DNA of 64,000 nucleotides from Candidatus Obscuribacteraceae bacterium (GTDB lineage: Bacteria; Cyanobacteriota; Vampirovibrionia; Obscuribacterales; Obscuribacteraceae). Below the pieces are notes generated by a model. The model was not told the origin of the DNA. It worked only from the letters and a program-made list of their open reading frames with translations, and ran no database searches. A program made the position numbers and the translations under genes. Shown in pieces: positions 29,801-38,008 of this stretch (position 1 is its first letter; every line of letters starts with the position of its first letter). The stretch covers positions 288,001-352,000 of the forward strand of contig JBGAHS010000002.1 in NCBI GenBank assembly GCA_044226015.1, in the 5' to 3' direction.

Positions 29801-32044
29801 TCGATCACAATTCCAGGCTACGACCTGCCTCGCACATTTAGCAAATTTGTATTACAAGCCGCAGGTTCACCTTCAGAAGCAGGCGACATACAGCTCACAA
29901 TCAGTGGACAGTCGAGCCAGCTGAACATTCCATCAAGCACAATAGCAGGTTCTCTGACATTCACCGGAACGCTAAACAGTCTAAATGTAGGCACTGGTAA
30001 TTTGACCTTGCTATCAACAGCATCGATTAACTCTAGCGGAAATCTCATTTTCTCGGGAACTACGCTAAACAACGCCGGGCAAATCACCGCAAGCCAGATG
30101 GAACTGATTCGACCAGCAGCCGCAAGCAACATCATTAACAACGGCGGACATTTTAACGTTACTCAGCTGGCGCTGCCGACCTTCCATACACCATCTACAT
30201 TGAACATTTCAGAAAGCAATGGTGGCGCATTTTCTGCTCTCGTTCAGTTTGTCAGCTCCGAACTCCCAAGTGCCGCAGCAAGCAATGCTAATGTGCCAGA
30301 AGCAAGCAACAGCAAACCGGCAACAATCAACTTTAATTTGCCCGGCTCTAGTTCAACAGTTTCAGGTACCTATGTTAGCAGCGGCAAGTTAAGCCTAAAT
30401 GGTCAATCAGTTTTGATAAACGGGGTATCAACGCCGACGGGCATAGCGCTGTCAGCTCTGACCGCCAACAAACTCTCATCTGGCTTTTCCCTCTCCACCG
30501 CTGGTGCCGTACCAGTCACCAACACAACAATCAACACAGGGGCAGGGTCCATCAGCTTCAAAGCCTCAAATCTGACTATTGCCTCGACGAGCAATCTAAG
30601 CGGCTCTACCTTCACATCCACATCGGCAGCGATTACAGTTGACGGAAAAATCACAGGACAAAAGGGACTATCGATAAGCACCGGATTTGACACAACTTTA
30701 GGAGCTGGCTCCAGCTTGAGCGTTCCAAACGGAGCTATCAAAATTACAGCAAAAGGAAATGTTTCGCTAGGTGGTTCTTTGAGTGCTGGTGTCCTCAATG
30801 GCAGCCCCGGCTTCATTCGACTAAGCACAACTGATGTGCTCAGCAAAGGCTCAATCTCAGTAACAGGAGGTTCTCTCACGCTGGGAACAGCCCAGACAAT
30901 CACCGCAAATGGTGGCAATATCAACTTAAGTACAACTGCTGGGAATGCTGACCTGGGACAGAACAATTCACTTCAAGCCAACGGCGGAAATATAGTAATT
31001 CTATCCATCAGCAAGATTCAAGGCGCTACGGGAAATCAATTCTGGGCAAGTTCACTTGGCGGCACTGCACAGGCTGGCGGTGGCACAGGCGGTGGCATTG
31101 AGTTGGGCGCAGGCGTCAAGGTGAGCGCTCTGGCAAGCTCAAGCAAGCTCGCCTCTGGCACCGTTTCCGGCAACTTCGCCAGCAACTTCAACGTCGCGAA
31201 TCAATCAAACAAAAGCGGAGTCGTCAATACAAATATAAGCAACTCCGGCTCAGTAAATTTGTCGAGCAGCGGAAACAATCAAGCCAGCATGAATTTGCAA
31301 GGCGGCACAATTCTTTTCGATTCCAATGGCAGTGGAAATACAGTTTCGCTTGATGGAGCGACCTTCAATGTAACAGCCTTTAAGCCGATTGGATACAGCG
31401 AAAACAGATTCACGAATAGCCTAGAGTTAACCCGATCGGGTGAAAAAAGATTGGATAATGAAAACGACAACTTTGTTTTTGCACGAGTTTTCCTTCCAGG
31501 ATTTAAGAACTCGCAAACACTAGAAACAAAAACATTCTCCAACAAGGCATACCGTGCCTGCCTTGAGTTCAAGCGTGGGGATTTATTTGTCTGTCCTGAG
31601 CTTGAAATGAGAATTGAAACGGAACTCGCAAGCATCATGTTAAAGAAAGGTGCATTGAGCGCAATCTCTTTACACAACGGGATTCTCCGAGTTACAAACT
31701 GCTCAAACAATGGCGATGTACGCCTGAATCTTGGAGGTCAAAACATCGAGGTTTGTCCTGGTGAAGAGTTCCTCATTTCAGCATCTGGCATCAGCGATAA
31801 ATCCGCTCAAGCGCAAGATGGCATCGGGCGCAGAGAGCTCAAACATCACGGAAAAATTGCCGGGTTGCATTTGGCTTCAAGCGAGGTTTCATTGCTGACA
31901 TTAATAACTCAAACGGAACATCTGCAAGCATTGCGCAATCCTGTTCAGCCGTTCGAACAGAAGACACAATCGAGACTCTTAAAAACAGCATCAGCAATCA
32001 ATGTGCTGCGAGCCAATCACGGCGCATACAGAGCCTCAAATTAA
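23837..32044 (+). CDS. Giant (~2.7k aa) exported Gly/Ser/Asn-rich hemagglutinin-like surface protein with embedded CAP domain
   Basis: Single open frame (ORF track start 23885; frame open back to 23807). Beta-helix-like GGN(V/I)TI repeats, a poly-Gly block, a CAP domain at about 25630-26060 and a distinct globular C-terminal domain. Confidence 0.85.
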   Translation: MRSSSYYSLAALSALVLLILPTAKARAQSAANYNLGSAARTRAAGLSQGQSVNITRAGQSVTIRAGSLLTPAEKVALTQVLSSGQQSLILNARGMAIGGQFSSTDLSSNIGNLGVPQGVTGYLNFSQQNSLSLSGNLLNNGSLYAFSSNPGNATGSISANNIVNYANALISSNLNSAFASSTGALPNFNLILHAVNNITNHGVISSSGSLTLSAGSSLINTPQTLTQTTQTLIQAQNNLNIITSSIINSGNLTSLASNINVSSSLQKLDFNNNSGVVSAILGDINVSNLSSSALASLNLQGGNFYSQSLNLSAASGAVEANLGEVSGWINVNACKANVGAATDNLKLGNLNITGDPTFFNSAGTLTLSNLSNTSGNALALIASHDVIVSAGTIDTTNPLGGNGGNLTIIAGANITGGSSGSNDTTTTLTITGPSATGGAIDTSGVSSINTSGTLTTTNHGGNGGNVFIAAFSGTKSGTLEPGTVNLGSSGYINTAGGGSDFTSSGRVTIMAGATADPASGAAIVLPAIYTATDPVYSQSSSSGGNVTISTATPVVSGTVTILNGAMGGTGSITAGTTQNTSVSIASRGGGASIEVQPTLAQWQIDIITQALNIVNAQRLAEDPSLPALQYSAGLSAVASQQASYLAQTGHLGHFSTLGETPTNRATVIGLSTSGCCAENAGFASGYTILDGFNVVNDMMFAEPNTSGTHHFNLVGTSASHNNYAGFGFATNGSSMYFVTDFSRNDPGAGKTNINSTPILGGLGGAPGNTPVPPVVSGSNNTVRAIGANNYLPTSIISNGNVSITAGKDLTATGSIITNGQNGIQSSSGSPRNATNAGNISITAGNNVSLFNLQAGGGIGATSNSANKGAGGAGGSINVSSSNGSISILPLNTACSPCIAVAAQGGAGGAAMASGLSGGKGGDGGTVTLTANNGNINLTAIEVGGGGGAGGAGGSTGGAGGAGGKGGNITLSASTITIQDYISASGGGGGGAGASGSVAGGGGGGGAYGMPGFGGTSNSTSAGGGGAGGGLVGAFGGPRTSSMIAELRNGNGASGGVSAPGGSVGIIGGGGGGGTGSSGTGGNGGDMGAAGSGSGAIAGGAAGAGGSISITAKTAVVQSTVSGFFGSLSATNGTSSVLSAGTNGTVTISTNEGSVSAASTYSSLADYSSGTRTESLLVSAGFEVGSTKGGNGSSGGILAGSQANSITINGTGNSGSLSSGIFFSNGTASVTIIENSLPVVFSGTAKVTPAELIAINQVLLGGGQTIVLDANGAAVGGSLSINSGNIPAGGFTKLVLPPSVTLTDNVAELSFSDSVTINGSFLYAGSNGTATITTPLFINNGSVSPTGGATNLLIQSTAGSNLEIGGNGTTSAPGSLSFTASGGALNITGNVHVNSPSVTINAGDAVGIAPSASFTLNTGNVLSVNTGLIFNSAGFLGGTQNFNLAPAGSAIGTIANSNGDVILAANQFINSAGKSVLIIASGNIIGSKLSSINLSNTKGKGGSLIALAGFSFTPATIGQITDLNQLFTVSSVSATGGSINLAKTSINTSSTFKSATNSDAGSITLLGNAVAGGNSGVVVTGAINASSVSGKGGTFRVFAPGGATINGAINTKGASGGGAVLLSAAPYTNGSIQVLGGFLSPSANLQAASPADGAAASILINGTVSSSSSNGAGGAVTLSADSFIQVNGAIDSSARTSGGAITINSLNGTVSLANLNSSGLAGSSTLTTGSAGNISVSASSFISIKGNLSASGGSTSIARQNAGSGANISLQTSNRDSLSGFYVGNISVSGYLSSAGGNALAKTSGGKGGNAGAIDLKAGYLQVKGKSGANSIIASAGSGFAGKGSSGSVSLSTYATQAIPTNFDLLSKVASEYALPGGVFNVGAGSAVVNGTAGSIVSGTDTFSISNAAALSKSSNVQGRLSVTIGGGAQQLDYEGQQVSTASLTGNIRTKVTPAAALALYQLALGQTQTIGLNSDGSLSPQNPQSKISSITIPGYDLPRTFSKFVLQAAGSPSEAGDIQLTISGQSSQLNIPSSTIAGSLTFTGTLNSLNVGTGNLTLLSTASINSSGNLIFSGTTLNNAGQITASQMELIRPAAASNIINNGGHFNVTQLALPTFHTPSTLNISESNGGAFSALVQFVSSELPSAAASNANVPEASNSKPATINFNLPGSSSTVSGTYVSSGKLSLNGQSVLINGVSTPTGIALSALTANKLSSGFSLSTAGAVPVTNTTINTGAGSISFKASNLTIASTSNLSGSTFTSTSAAITVDGKITGQKGLSISTGFDTTLGAGSSLSVPNGAIKITAKGNVSLGGSLSAGVLNGSPGFIRLSTTDVLSKGSISVTGGSLTLGTAQTITANGGNINLSTTAGNADLGQNNSLQANGGNIVILSISKIQGATGNQFWASSLGGTAQAGGGTGGGIELGAGVKVSALASSSKLASGTVSGNFASNFNVANQSNKSGVVNTNISNSGSVNLSSSGNNQASMNLQGGTILFDSNGSGNTVSLDGATFNVTAFKPIGYSENRFTNSLELTRSGEKRLDNENDNFVFARVFLPGFKNSQTLETKTFSNKAYRACLEFKRGDLFVCPELEMRIETELASIMLKKGALSAISLHNGILRVTNCSNNGDVRLNLGGQNIEVCPGEEFLISASGISDKSAQAQDGIGRRELKHHGKIAGLHLASSEVSLLTLITQTEHLQALRNPVQPFEQKTQSRLLKTASAINVLRANHGAYRASN

Positions 32045-32055
32045 GCAAATAAACA

Positions 32056-33417
32056 ATGCCAGCAACGAAACCCATCACCTTGTATCTGATGTTTCAACTG
32101 TTTACAGCAGACGCACCGAGCGAAGTCTTTCCACGATGTCCAGACCTCAACAAAAGTGTTGCAGATATAGTCAACAGAATTGGCAGCACAGGAAAACAAA
32201 ACCATAAGCTGGGATTTGTCGTTGGCCCCCTTACCTTCAACCAGTCCGATGCGCAAGTCAAATTGCTAATTCATGACTCCTTCACTTGCGCAAAGAAATT
32301 AAACGTTGCCGTCGCATTCCATATCGACGATCACATGTTTTGGGACAAGAACAAAGAATTGGCTCAAGACAAAGAAAACACCGAATGGATCAATTCCCAG
32401 GGAACGTTGTGCAGCGGACGACGGCTCGATTGGGGACCCAAGCCAGCGAAAGCGCCACCACAACTTTGCTTTAACAGCCCAGCCGTAAAAGCAGCGGTGC
32501 ACAAACGCGCGACCTTGATTGGCAATGAAATAAAATATGAAATTGATCAACTCAAGAAAGAAGGACGAGAAGACTTGTTTGCCGGACTCATTACTGGCTG
32601 GGAGACTCAAATTGGAAGGGATTTTTCAACCGGTGCCAGCACGGGCTTCCACGCTCTCCATAACATCGGAATCAAGCAAGCAAGCTTTACTTCACAGAGC
32701 GATGCAAAACTGGAAGCTATTGTTAGAGATTTTATTCAAATGTGGGCATACGAGCTTGCAAAAACAGGATTGCCTCAAGAAAAACTCTACTCACATATTG
32801 CATTTACTTCGCAAGGATTCAGGGACACAGCATTCAGGAGTTTCCCTGAACAGGTGGGCTTTGCCACACCTTCTGTTGTTTTTGCTAATTCATCAATTCC
32901 AGGATTCAGCACATATCCGATGGCAGACACCATCGAACAAATAAGGGCAGAAACAATCAAGAGGGGACAGAACACTTGGATTTCTGCCGAAGGAACAAAT
33001 GTCGTTCCAAATGGAATGCGTGGTGAACCAAACATGGAAACCTACCTGGCAAAGATGTTCAATCATGGTGCCAGGCTAGTCAATATTTTTTCCTGGGGAA
33101 TGGGCGGAGAAGCTGAAAAAAACAACTTCTTTCGCAGGGCAACAGAGGGTGATGAGGCAATAACAGCATATCGAAAGTTCTTAAATGCTTATCCACTCGC
33201 AGAGAAAGCGCATTCACCTGCTGAGTTTTCAGTCAAAAAGCTACAGGGCAAAGTTCGCGCTATTCAAAGCGAGGTGCCGCCATGGGTACACAAAACAGGA
33301 CGCGTAAACGACGTTAAAGTTTTGATGGACCAACTCGACGCAGCTCTCAAAGCAGGACAGCCAGAAGCTGCTGACAAGAAAGCTGATGAAGTATTGAACT
33401 TAATTCACTCCAACTGA
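32056..33417 (+). CDS. Hypothetical protein, possibly a TIM-barrel glycoside hydrolase-like enzyme
   Basis: 453-aa globular ORF 11 nt after the giant gene; GWET and WISAEG acidic motifs are weakly hydrolase-like. Confidence 0.55.
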   Translation: MPATKPITLYLMFQLFTADAPSEVFPRCPDLNKSVADIVNRIGSTGKQNHKLGFVVGPLTFNQSDAQVKLLIHDSFTCAKKLNVAVAFHIDDHMFWDKNKELAQDKENTEWINSQGTLCSGRRLDWGPKPAKAPPQLCFNSPAVKAAVHKRATLIGNEIKYEIDQLKKEGREDLFAGLITGWETQIGRDFSTGASTGFHALHNIGIKQASFTSQSDAKLEAIVRDFIQMWAYELAKTGLPQEKLYSHIAFTSQGFRDTAFRSFPEQVGFATPSVVFANSSIPGFSTYPMADTIEQIRAETIKRGQNTWISAEGTNVVPNGMRGEPNMETYLAKMFNHGARLVNIFSWGMGGEAEKNNFFRRATEGDEAITAYRKFLNAYPLAEKAHSPAEFSVKKLQGKVRAIQSEVPPWVHKTGRVNDVKVLMDQLDAALKAGQPEAADKKADEVLNLIHSN

Positions 33418-33432
33418 TTCATCATGGCAAAC

Positions 33433-34251
33433 CTATGTGGCAGCAGCCGACAACGAAGCAAGTGTTTTCTTAGCCTTATCGACCACGTATAAATTATCGT
33501 CTTCGGCAAGCATGCTCAAAATGTTTGGTGGCAAATCTTTGTTTGCTGCCATTTCGAGTCTAACATCATCGTTAGGGTCTCTAGCCAACTCCTCTAATAG
33601 ATTCAATGGCGAGCTAGGATTTTCCGAAACTGCAAGGCGAACATCTTGCTCGTAATCGCGAGCAAGCGACCACAATGCAGAAATCGGTGTATGAGGATTT
33701 TCGGCAACACGCTGCCTGATTTGCGGTCGAGTTTCAGAAGCAAGACGCACCAGAATTTCAGGCGCAGTATGAGGATTTCCAGCCATCACATATCTTACGT
33801 GTGAGTCTTCTCCAGTCAGCCCCGTTTCCTTTTTGATTTTGTCAGGTTCTTGCCATAACTGTTGTATAGCGTGAATCAAGACCGCGAGCTTCTCAGAGCA
33901 AACCGGCTTACTTACGTAATAGTTCATTTTGAGATGTAGCGCTTTCAAGATATCTTGCTCATCTTGAGAAACTGTCAAAAGAATCACAGGAATTTTTTCA
34001 AGCTGCGGAACTTTTTTCATATCAGCAAGAACTTCATGACCATTCTTCTTCGGCATGTTGAGATCTAACAGAATCAAGTCGGGCCGTAGCGATGCATCCG
34101 AAACGCACTTGTTCAAATGCTCCATTGCGGCCTCACCATCGTTGACTATCGTCAACTCATGCTTGATCTCGGTGTCTTTGAGAGCTTCTTGCGCTAATCT
34201 GACATCAGATGGTGTGTCTTCCACCAAGAGGATCTTCATCGGTCTGTCCAT
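33433..34251 (-). CDS. Rcp1-like response regulator fused to leucine-rich-variant (LRV/HEAT-like) repeats
   Basis: ILLVED...PDLILLDLNMPKKNG...YVSKP receiver; four ~24-aa VR..(V/M)A.NP.TP repeats. Confidence 0.88.
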   Translation of the reverse strand: MDRPMKILLVEDTPSDVRLAQEALKDTEIKHELTIVNDGEAAMEHLNKCVSDASLRPDLILLDLNMPKKNGHEVLADMKKVPQLEKIPVILLTVSQDEQDILKALHLKMNYYVSKPVCSEKLAVLIHAIQQLWQEPDKIKKETGLTGEDSHVRYVMAGNPHTAPEILVRLASETRPQIRQRVAENPHTPISALWSLARDYEQDVRLAVSENPSSPLNLLEELARDPNDDVRLEMAANKDLPPNILSMLAEDDNLYVVDKAKKTLASLSAAAT

Positions 34252-34263
34252 TTGAGCTCTCCT

Positions 34264-35778
34264 TCAATTAGTAACTGGGTCGCGATCTAGCGAAAAGAAA
34301 AAAATGGACCCGGCTCCGGGCTCGCTTTGCACCCAAATTCTTCCACCATGAGTCTCCACTATCTTCTTGCAAATAGCCAAACCAATTCCGGTGCCGGAAT
34401 ATGAAGTTTTGCCATGCAATCTTGCAAACATATCGAATATCTTTTCAGTATATCTGGGATCGATACCAATTCCATTATCTTGAATAGAAAAAACCCACTC
34501 ATGGACATTTTGTTCTGCACGAACTGTGATTTCAGGCGGCCTGTCACCTTTATATTTCAAAGCGTTGCTGAGCAAATTCTGAAATAACTGCAGCATTTCA
34601 CTTCGGTTGGCCATTACAACTGGCATTTTTTCAATTACAACTTTCGCGCTACTCTCTTCGATGGTCGCTTTCAAATTGCTCAGCACTTCTGAAATCACAA
34701 TTTTGCAATCGACTTGCTGAACGTTTTTAACGTCGTTCGGACCGATGGATGCATGTGCAAGCACGGCTTGAATTAGCTTACCCATGCGGTCAACACCATC
34801 CATGATGAAATCAATAAATTCGTCAGCATCCTGATCGAGCTTGCCTTTATACCGTTTAGTTAGCAAGCGAACATAACCTTCCACGGCACGCAAAGGCTCT
34901 TGCAGATCATGCGATGCAACTTTTGCAAATTGCTGCAATTCTGCGTTCGAACGTGCCAGCTCTGCTGTTCTTTCAGCAACACGCTGCTCTAACTCTTCAT
35001 TTAGTTGCTTATTGCGCATTTCAATTGCTTTTCGAGCCGTGATGTCATGGACGAAAGCACAAAGCTCGTCATGATCATCTCCGATGAGAATCGGAAATAG
35101 TCCAAGCTCAACTGGAAGTTCAGCTCCGTTGCGATGCTTCAGGCGCAATTCAGCACGCCGCCTGAACAAACTGCCACGATCTGAACTGGCGAGAGTAGCG
35201 AGGTCATGCTTATGTGTTTCTTGCAAATAATCAGGAATGATTGTTTCAGAAAGTGTCTTACCTACCACTTCATCTTTTTTCCAACCAAACATGTTTTCTG
35301 CTTGAGGATTCCACCCTCTAATAACGCCATTTCGATCACAAGCAATGAAAGCATCAGTGCAATTTTCGAGCACCATACGGGTGCGCCTTTCACTTTCTCG
35401 CAACTGCTTCTCGACACGACTGCGCTCAACTGCATGCACAAGACAACGTTTAATTTCTCTGTCGTGAGCCTGACCTTTGATCAAATAGTCTTGCGCTCCA
35501 CCTTGCAGAGCTTCCATTGCTATAGCCTCATCAGCGATGGATGAAACCAGAACAATTGGAACACCTCGCGCAGCTTGATGCACATGAAAAAAAGTGTCTA
35601 ACCCTTTTGAGTCAGGCAAATTCAAATCAAGCAAAACAACATCGATTTCATTATCGGCCAGGCAATCTTCTGCCTCCGACACAGTACTTGCCTTGCTGAC
35701 AGCAAAATCATAACGACTCAAATTTAATTCGTGAACTCGGGCTTGTGTAATGCTGTCTTCGACAATCAAAACGTGCAT
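34264..35778 (-). CDS. Hybrid sensor histidine kinase (REC-PAS-HisKA-HATPase)
   Basis: N-terminal receiver, PAS (WNPQAENMFG), ASHDLQEPLR H-box, NLLSNALKY, DNGIG, GTGIGL. Confidence 0.93.
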   Translation of the reverse strand: MHVLIVEDSITQARVHELNLSRYDFAVSKASTVSEAEDCLADNEIDVVLLDLNLPDSKGLDTFFHVHQAARGVPIVLVSSIADEAIAMEALQGGAQDYLIKGQAHDREIKRCLVHAVERSRVEKQLRESERRTRMVLENCTDAFIACDRNGVIRGWNPQAENMFGWKKDEVVGKTLSETIIPDYLQETHKHDLATLASSDRGSLFRRRAELRLKHRNGAELPVELGLFPILIGDDHDELCAFVHDITARKAIEMRNKQLNEELEQRVAERTAELARSNAELQQFAKVASHDLQEPLRAVEGYVRLLTKRYKGKLDQDADEFIDFIMDGVDRMGKLIQAVLAHASIGPNDVKNVQQVDCKIVISEVLSNLKATIEESSAKVVIEKMPVVMANRSEMLQLFQNLLSNALKYKGDRPPEITVRAEQNVHEWVFSIQDNGIGIDPRYTEKIFDMFARLHGKTSYSGTGIGLAICKKIVETHGGRIWVQSEPGAGSIFFFSLDRDPVTN

Positions 35779-35790
35779 TCAAACCACCTT

Positions 35791-36987
35791 TCAAATCGGT
35801 AATTTGGGTCTCCCCGGTATTACCTGTTGCTGCGCCAGAGCAGCTATTTCAGTAAGTTCGTACCCCAGTTCCTTCAAAACCGCCACCGTGCTATCTGCAA
35901 TATCATGTTTAGCCATTAGCTCGGTATCTGTATTTTTCCCAAATGGAACCGGAGTTCTCACCTGCGGAATTCTTCCTAGTTTCGGATGCAATAAATACTG
36001 GACGAGCCCTCGTTCCTTGCTGGGCAGAAATTCCAGGGCATCGAGCACTGAATTTACAGGAGAAACGCAGCAATCAATCTCCTTAAAAATTTCGAGCCAC
36101 TCATCCATTGTTTTTTCTAGAAACACCTGATCTAACGACTGACGCAATTTCAAATTAGCGCCAAATGGAATGACGTGCAAAAGGTCTTTTCGCCCGATCA
36201 ACTGGCAGAACGCTTCCCAAAACTTTGGCTCTAGCGGAGCTGCTGCGATGTAACGCCCATCTTTGCATTGGAATACGTTGTAATTGGCAAGTTCGCTGCG
36301 ATATTGAGGGTTAGCCTCTTGCGGCTCTTCGTTCATAAACAAACTTGCAGTAGCAGCAAGCGATTGCGTCCACATGACGCTATCAAACATACTCATGTCG
36401 AGATGCCTGCCCTTGCCTGTGTTCTCTCGCTCGATAACTGAGCCGAGAATAGACACCGCAGATAGAAGAGCGGTCATATAATCGGAAAGCAAAGTTCCCG
36501 GCATCTGAGGTTTACCGTTTTGAGCGCGGCAAACATGTAATACACCGGCTTCTGCTTGCAGGTTAACATCGTGACCAGGCCGCTGGCTGAAACTGCCAGA
36601 CTGCCCATAAGCTGAGATAGAGCAATAAATCAACGCAGGGTTTAGCTTGTGAACCTTGCCATAACCAATTCCAAGCCGTCCCATCACACCAGGTCGGAAA
36701 TTCTCAATGAGCACGTCGGCATCTTTCAGCATCTTGCTAACGATTTCGATTGCTGAGTCCTGTTTCAAATCAAGAGCGATGCGTTTTTCCTCTCCGTGCA
36801 CACCCCAATAATAGAGGCTCTCCCCCTTGACTATGGGCGGTAGATGCTGCGCTAGTCCTGGTTTCAGGCGTTCAACACGAATCAATTCCGCGCCCATATC
36901 TCGCAAGATAGTCCCAGTAAGCTCGCCCGGCAATAAGTGCGTGAAATCAATAACTTTAATATTTCGAAGAGGTTGGCTGCTCATCAT
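35791..36987 (-). CDS. CaiB/BaiF family class III CoA-transferase
   Basis: PLRNIKVIDF, DVLIENFRPG, YCSISAYGQSG, GHDVN. Confidence 0.92.
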   Translation of the reverse strand: MMSSQPLRNIKVIDFTHLLPGELTGTILRDMGAELIRVERLKPGLAQHLPPIVKGESLYYWGVHGEEKRIALDLKQDSAIEIVSKMLKDADVLIENFRPGVMGRLGIGYGKVHKLNPALIYCSISAYGQSGSFSQRPGHDVNLQAEAGVLHVCRAQNGKPQMPGTLLSDYMTALLSAVSILGSVIERENTGKGRHLDMSMFDSVMWTQSLAATASLFMNEEPQEANPQYRSELANYNVFQCKDGRYIAAAPLEPKFWEAFCQLIGRKDLLHVIPFGANLKLRQSLDQVFLEKTMDEWLEIFKEIDCCVSPVNSVLDALEFLPSKERGLVQYLLHPKLGRIPQVRTPVPFGKNTDTELMAKHDIADSTVAVLKELGYELTEIAALAQQQVIPGRPKLPI

Positions 36988-37045
36988 TGCGTTCTGTTTT
37001 CGGAAGAACTGATGTTACCATGAGCTGGCACACGGAGAATCGAAC

Positions 37046-38008
37046 ATGTTACTTTTAGTGCTGCTATTTTGCTGGATGATGAGTTGCAATATGCCCATTT
37101 TTGCACTGCCAAGTGATGGTTCCGAAACATTGAAGTTAGAAGTGCGAACACTAGATCTTGATTCGATCGAGCGCCAGTACAACCTGTATATTCCATCTAC
37201 CTATAACAAAGACAAAGCTACGCCCTTACTTTTTCTTTTACATGGCGGTGGTGGAAGCGGCAAGCGGATGGTTAATTTTACCGGCTTCGATAAGCTCGCA
37301 AAAGAGAAAGGCATAATTGTAATTTGCCCAGAAGGCTATGATAAGCACTGGAATGATGGTCGTGAAAACGCTCACACAGCTCATCAAAAAAACGTAAATG
37401 ATGTTGCCTTTATACGGAAGCTCATCGAAATTGCAGAGTCAGAATTCAACATCGACCACACCCGCATATACTCCAGTGGTGTCTCCAATGGTGCCATGAT
37501 GTCATATCGCCTGGCGAAGGATCTCTCAGACAAGATTGCCGCCATTGGCACCGTGGTTGGTGCGATTCCTGAACCTCTGAGCAAGGCTGCATGGAATGGT
37601 CGTCCGGTCCCTGCAATCATTTTCAACGGCACCCGAGACCCGCTGGTGCCTTACGAAGGAGGCGAGGTTCACTTTTACCGAAAGAAGCTGGGCACAGTGA
37701 TTTCCGTCCCCGAAACAGTAAGTTTTCTTGCTAAGCACAATAAATGTGAAGACAAGCCCCTAATCGAAGACCTCGTGATAAACAACCCCAAAAGCAATTT
37801 GCCAATCAAACATTTTGCATATAGATCTTGCTGCAATAATGCCAGTGTTGAATTCTATTCAATAGAAGGAGGGGGTCATTCATGGCCAAGAGACAGCAAA
37901 TTTGCGCAGTATCTTCCTGCCGCAGTAATAGGCAAAGCATGTAAAGACATTGATGCAAGCAGCCTGATCTGGAACTTCTTTGAGAAACATCCGCTGGAGA
38001 GCAAGTGA
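37046..38008 (+). CDS. Exported PHB depolymerase/LpqC-like esterase
   Basis: LHGGGG, WNDGR, GVSNG nucleophile, GTRDPLVP, GGGHSWP; signal peptide. Confidence 0.88.
   Translation: MLLLVLLFCWMMSCNMPIFALPSDGSETLKLEVRTLDLDSIERQYNLYIPSTYNKDKATPLLFLLHGGGGSGKRMVNFTGFDKLAKEKGIIVICPEGYDKHWNDGRENAHTAHQKNVNDVAFIRKLIEIAESEFNIDHTRIYSSGVSNGAMMSYRLAKDLSDKIAAIGTVVGAIPEPLSKAAWNGRPVPAIIFNGTRDPLVPYEGGEVHFYRKKLGTVISVPETVSFLAKHNKCEDKPLIEDLVINNPKSNLPIKHFAYRSCCNNASVEFYSIEGGGHSWPRDSKFAQYLPAAVIGKACKDIDASSLIWNFFEKHPLESK

Noticed and set aside
34264..35778. Bacteriophytochrome
   Set aside because: No GAF/PHY chromophore-binding region; only the kinase core is similar.
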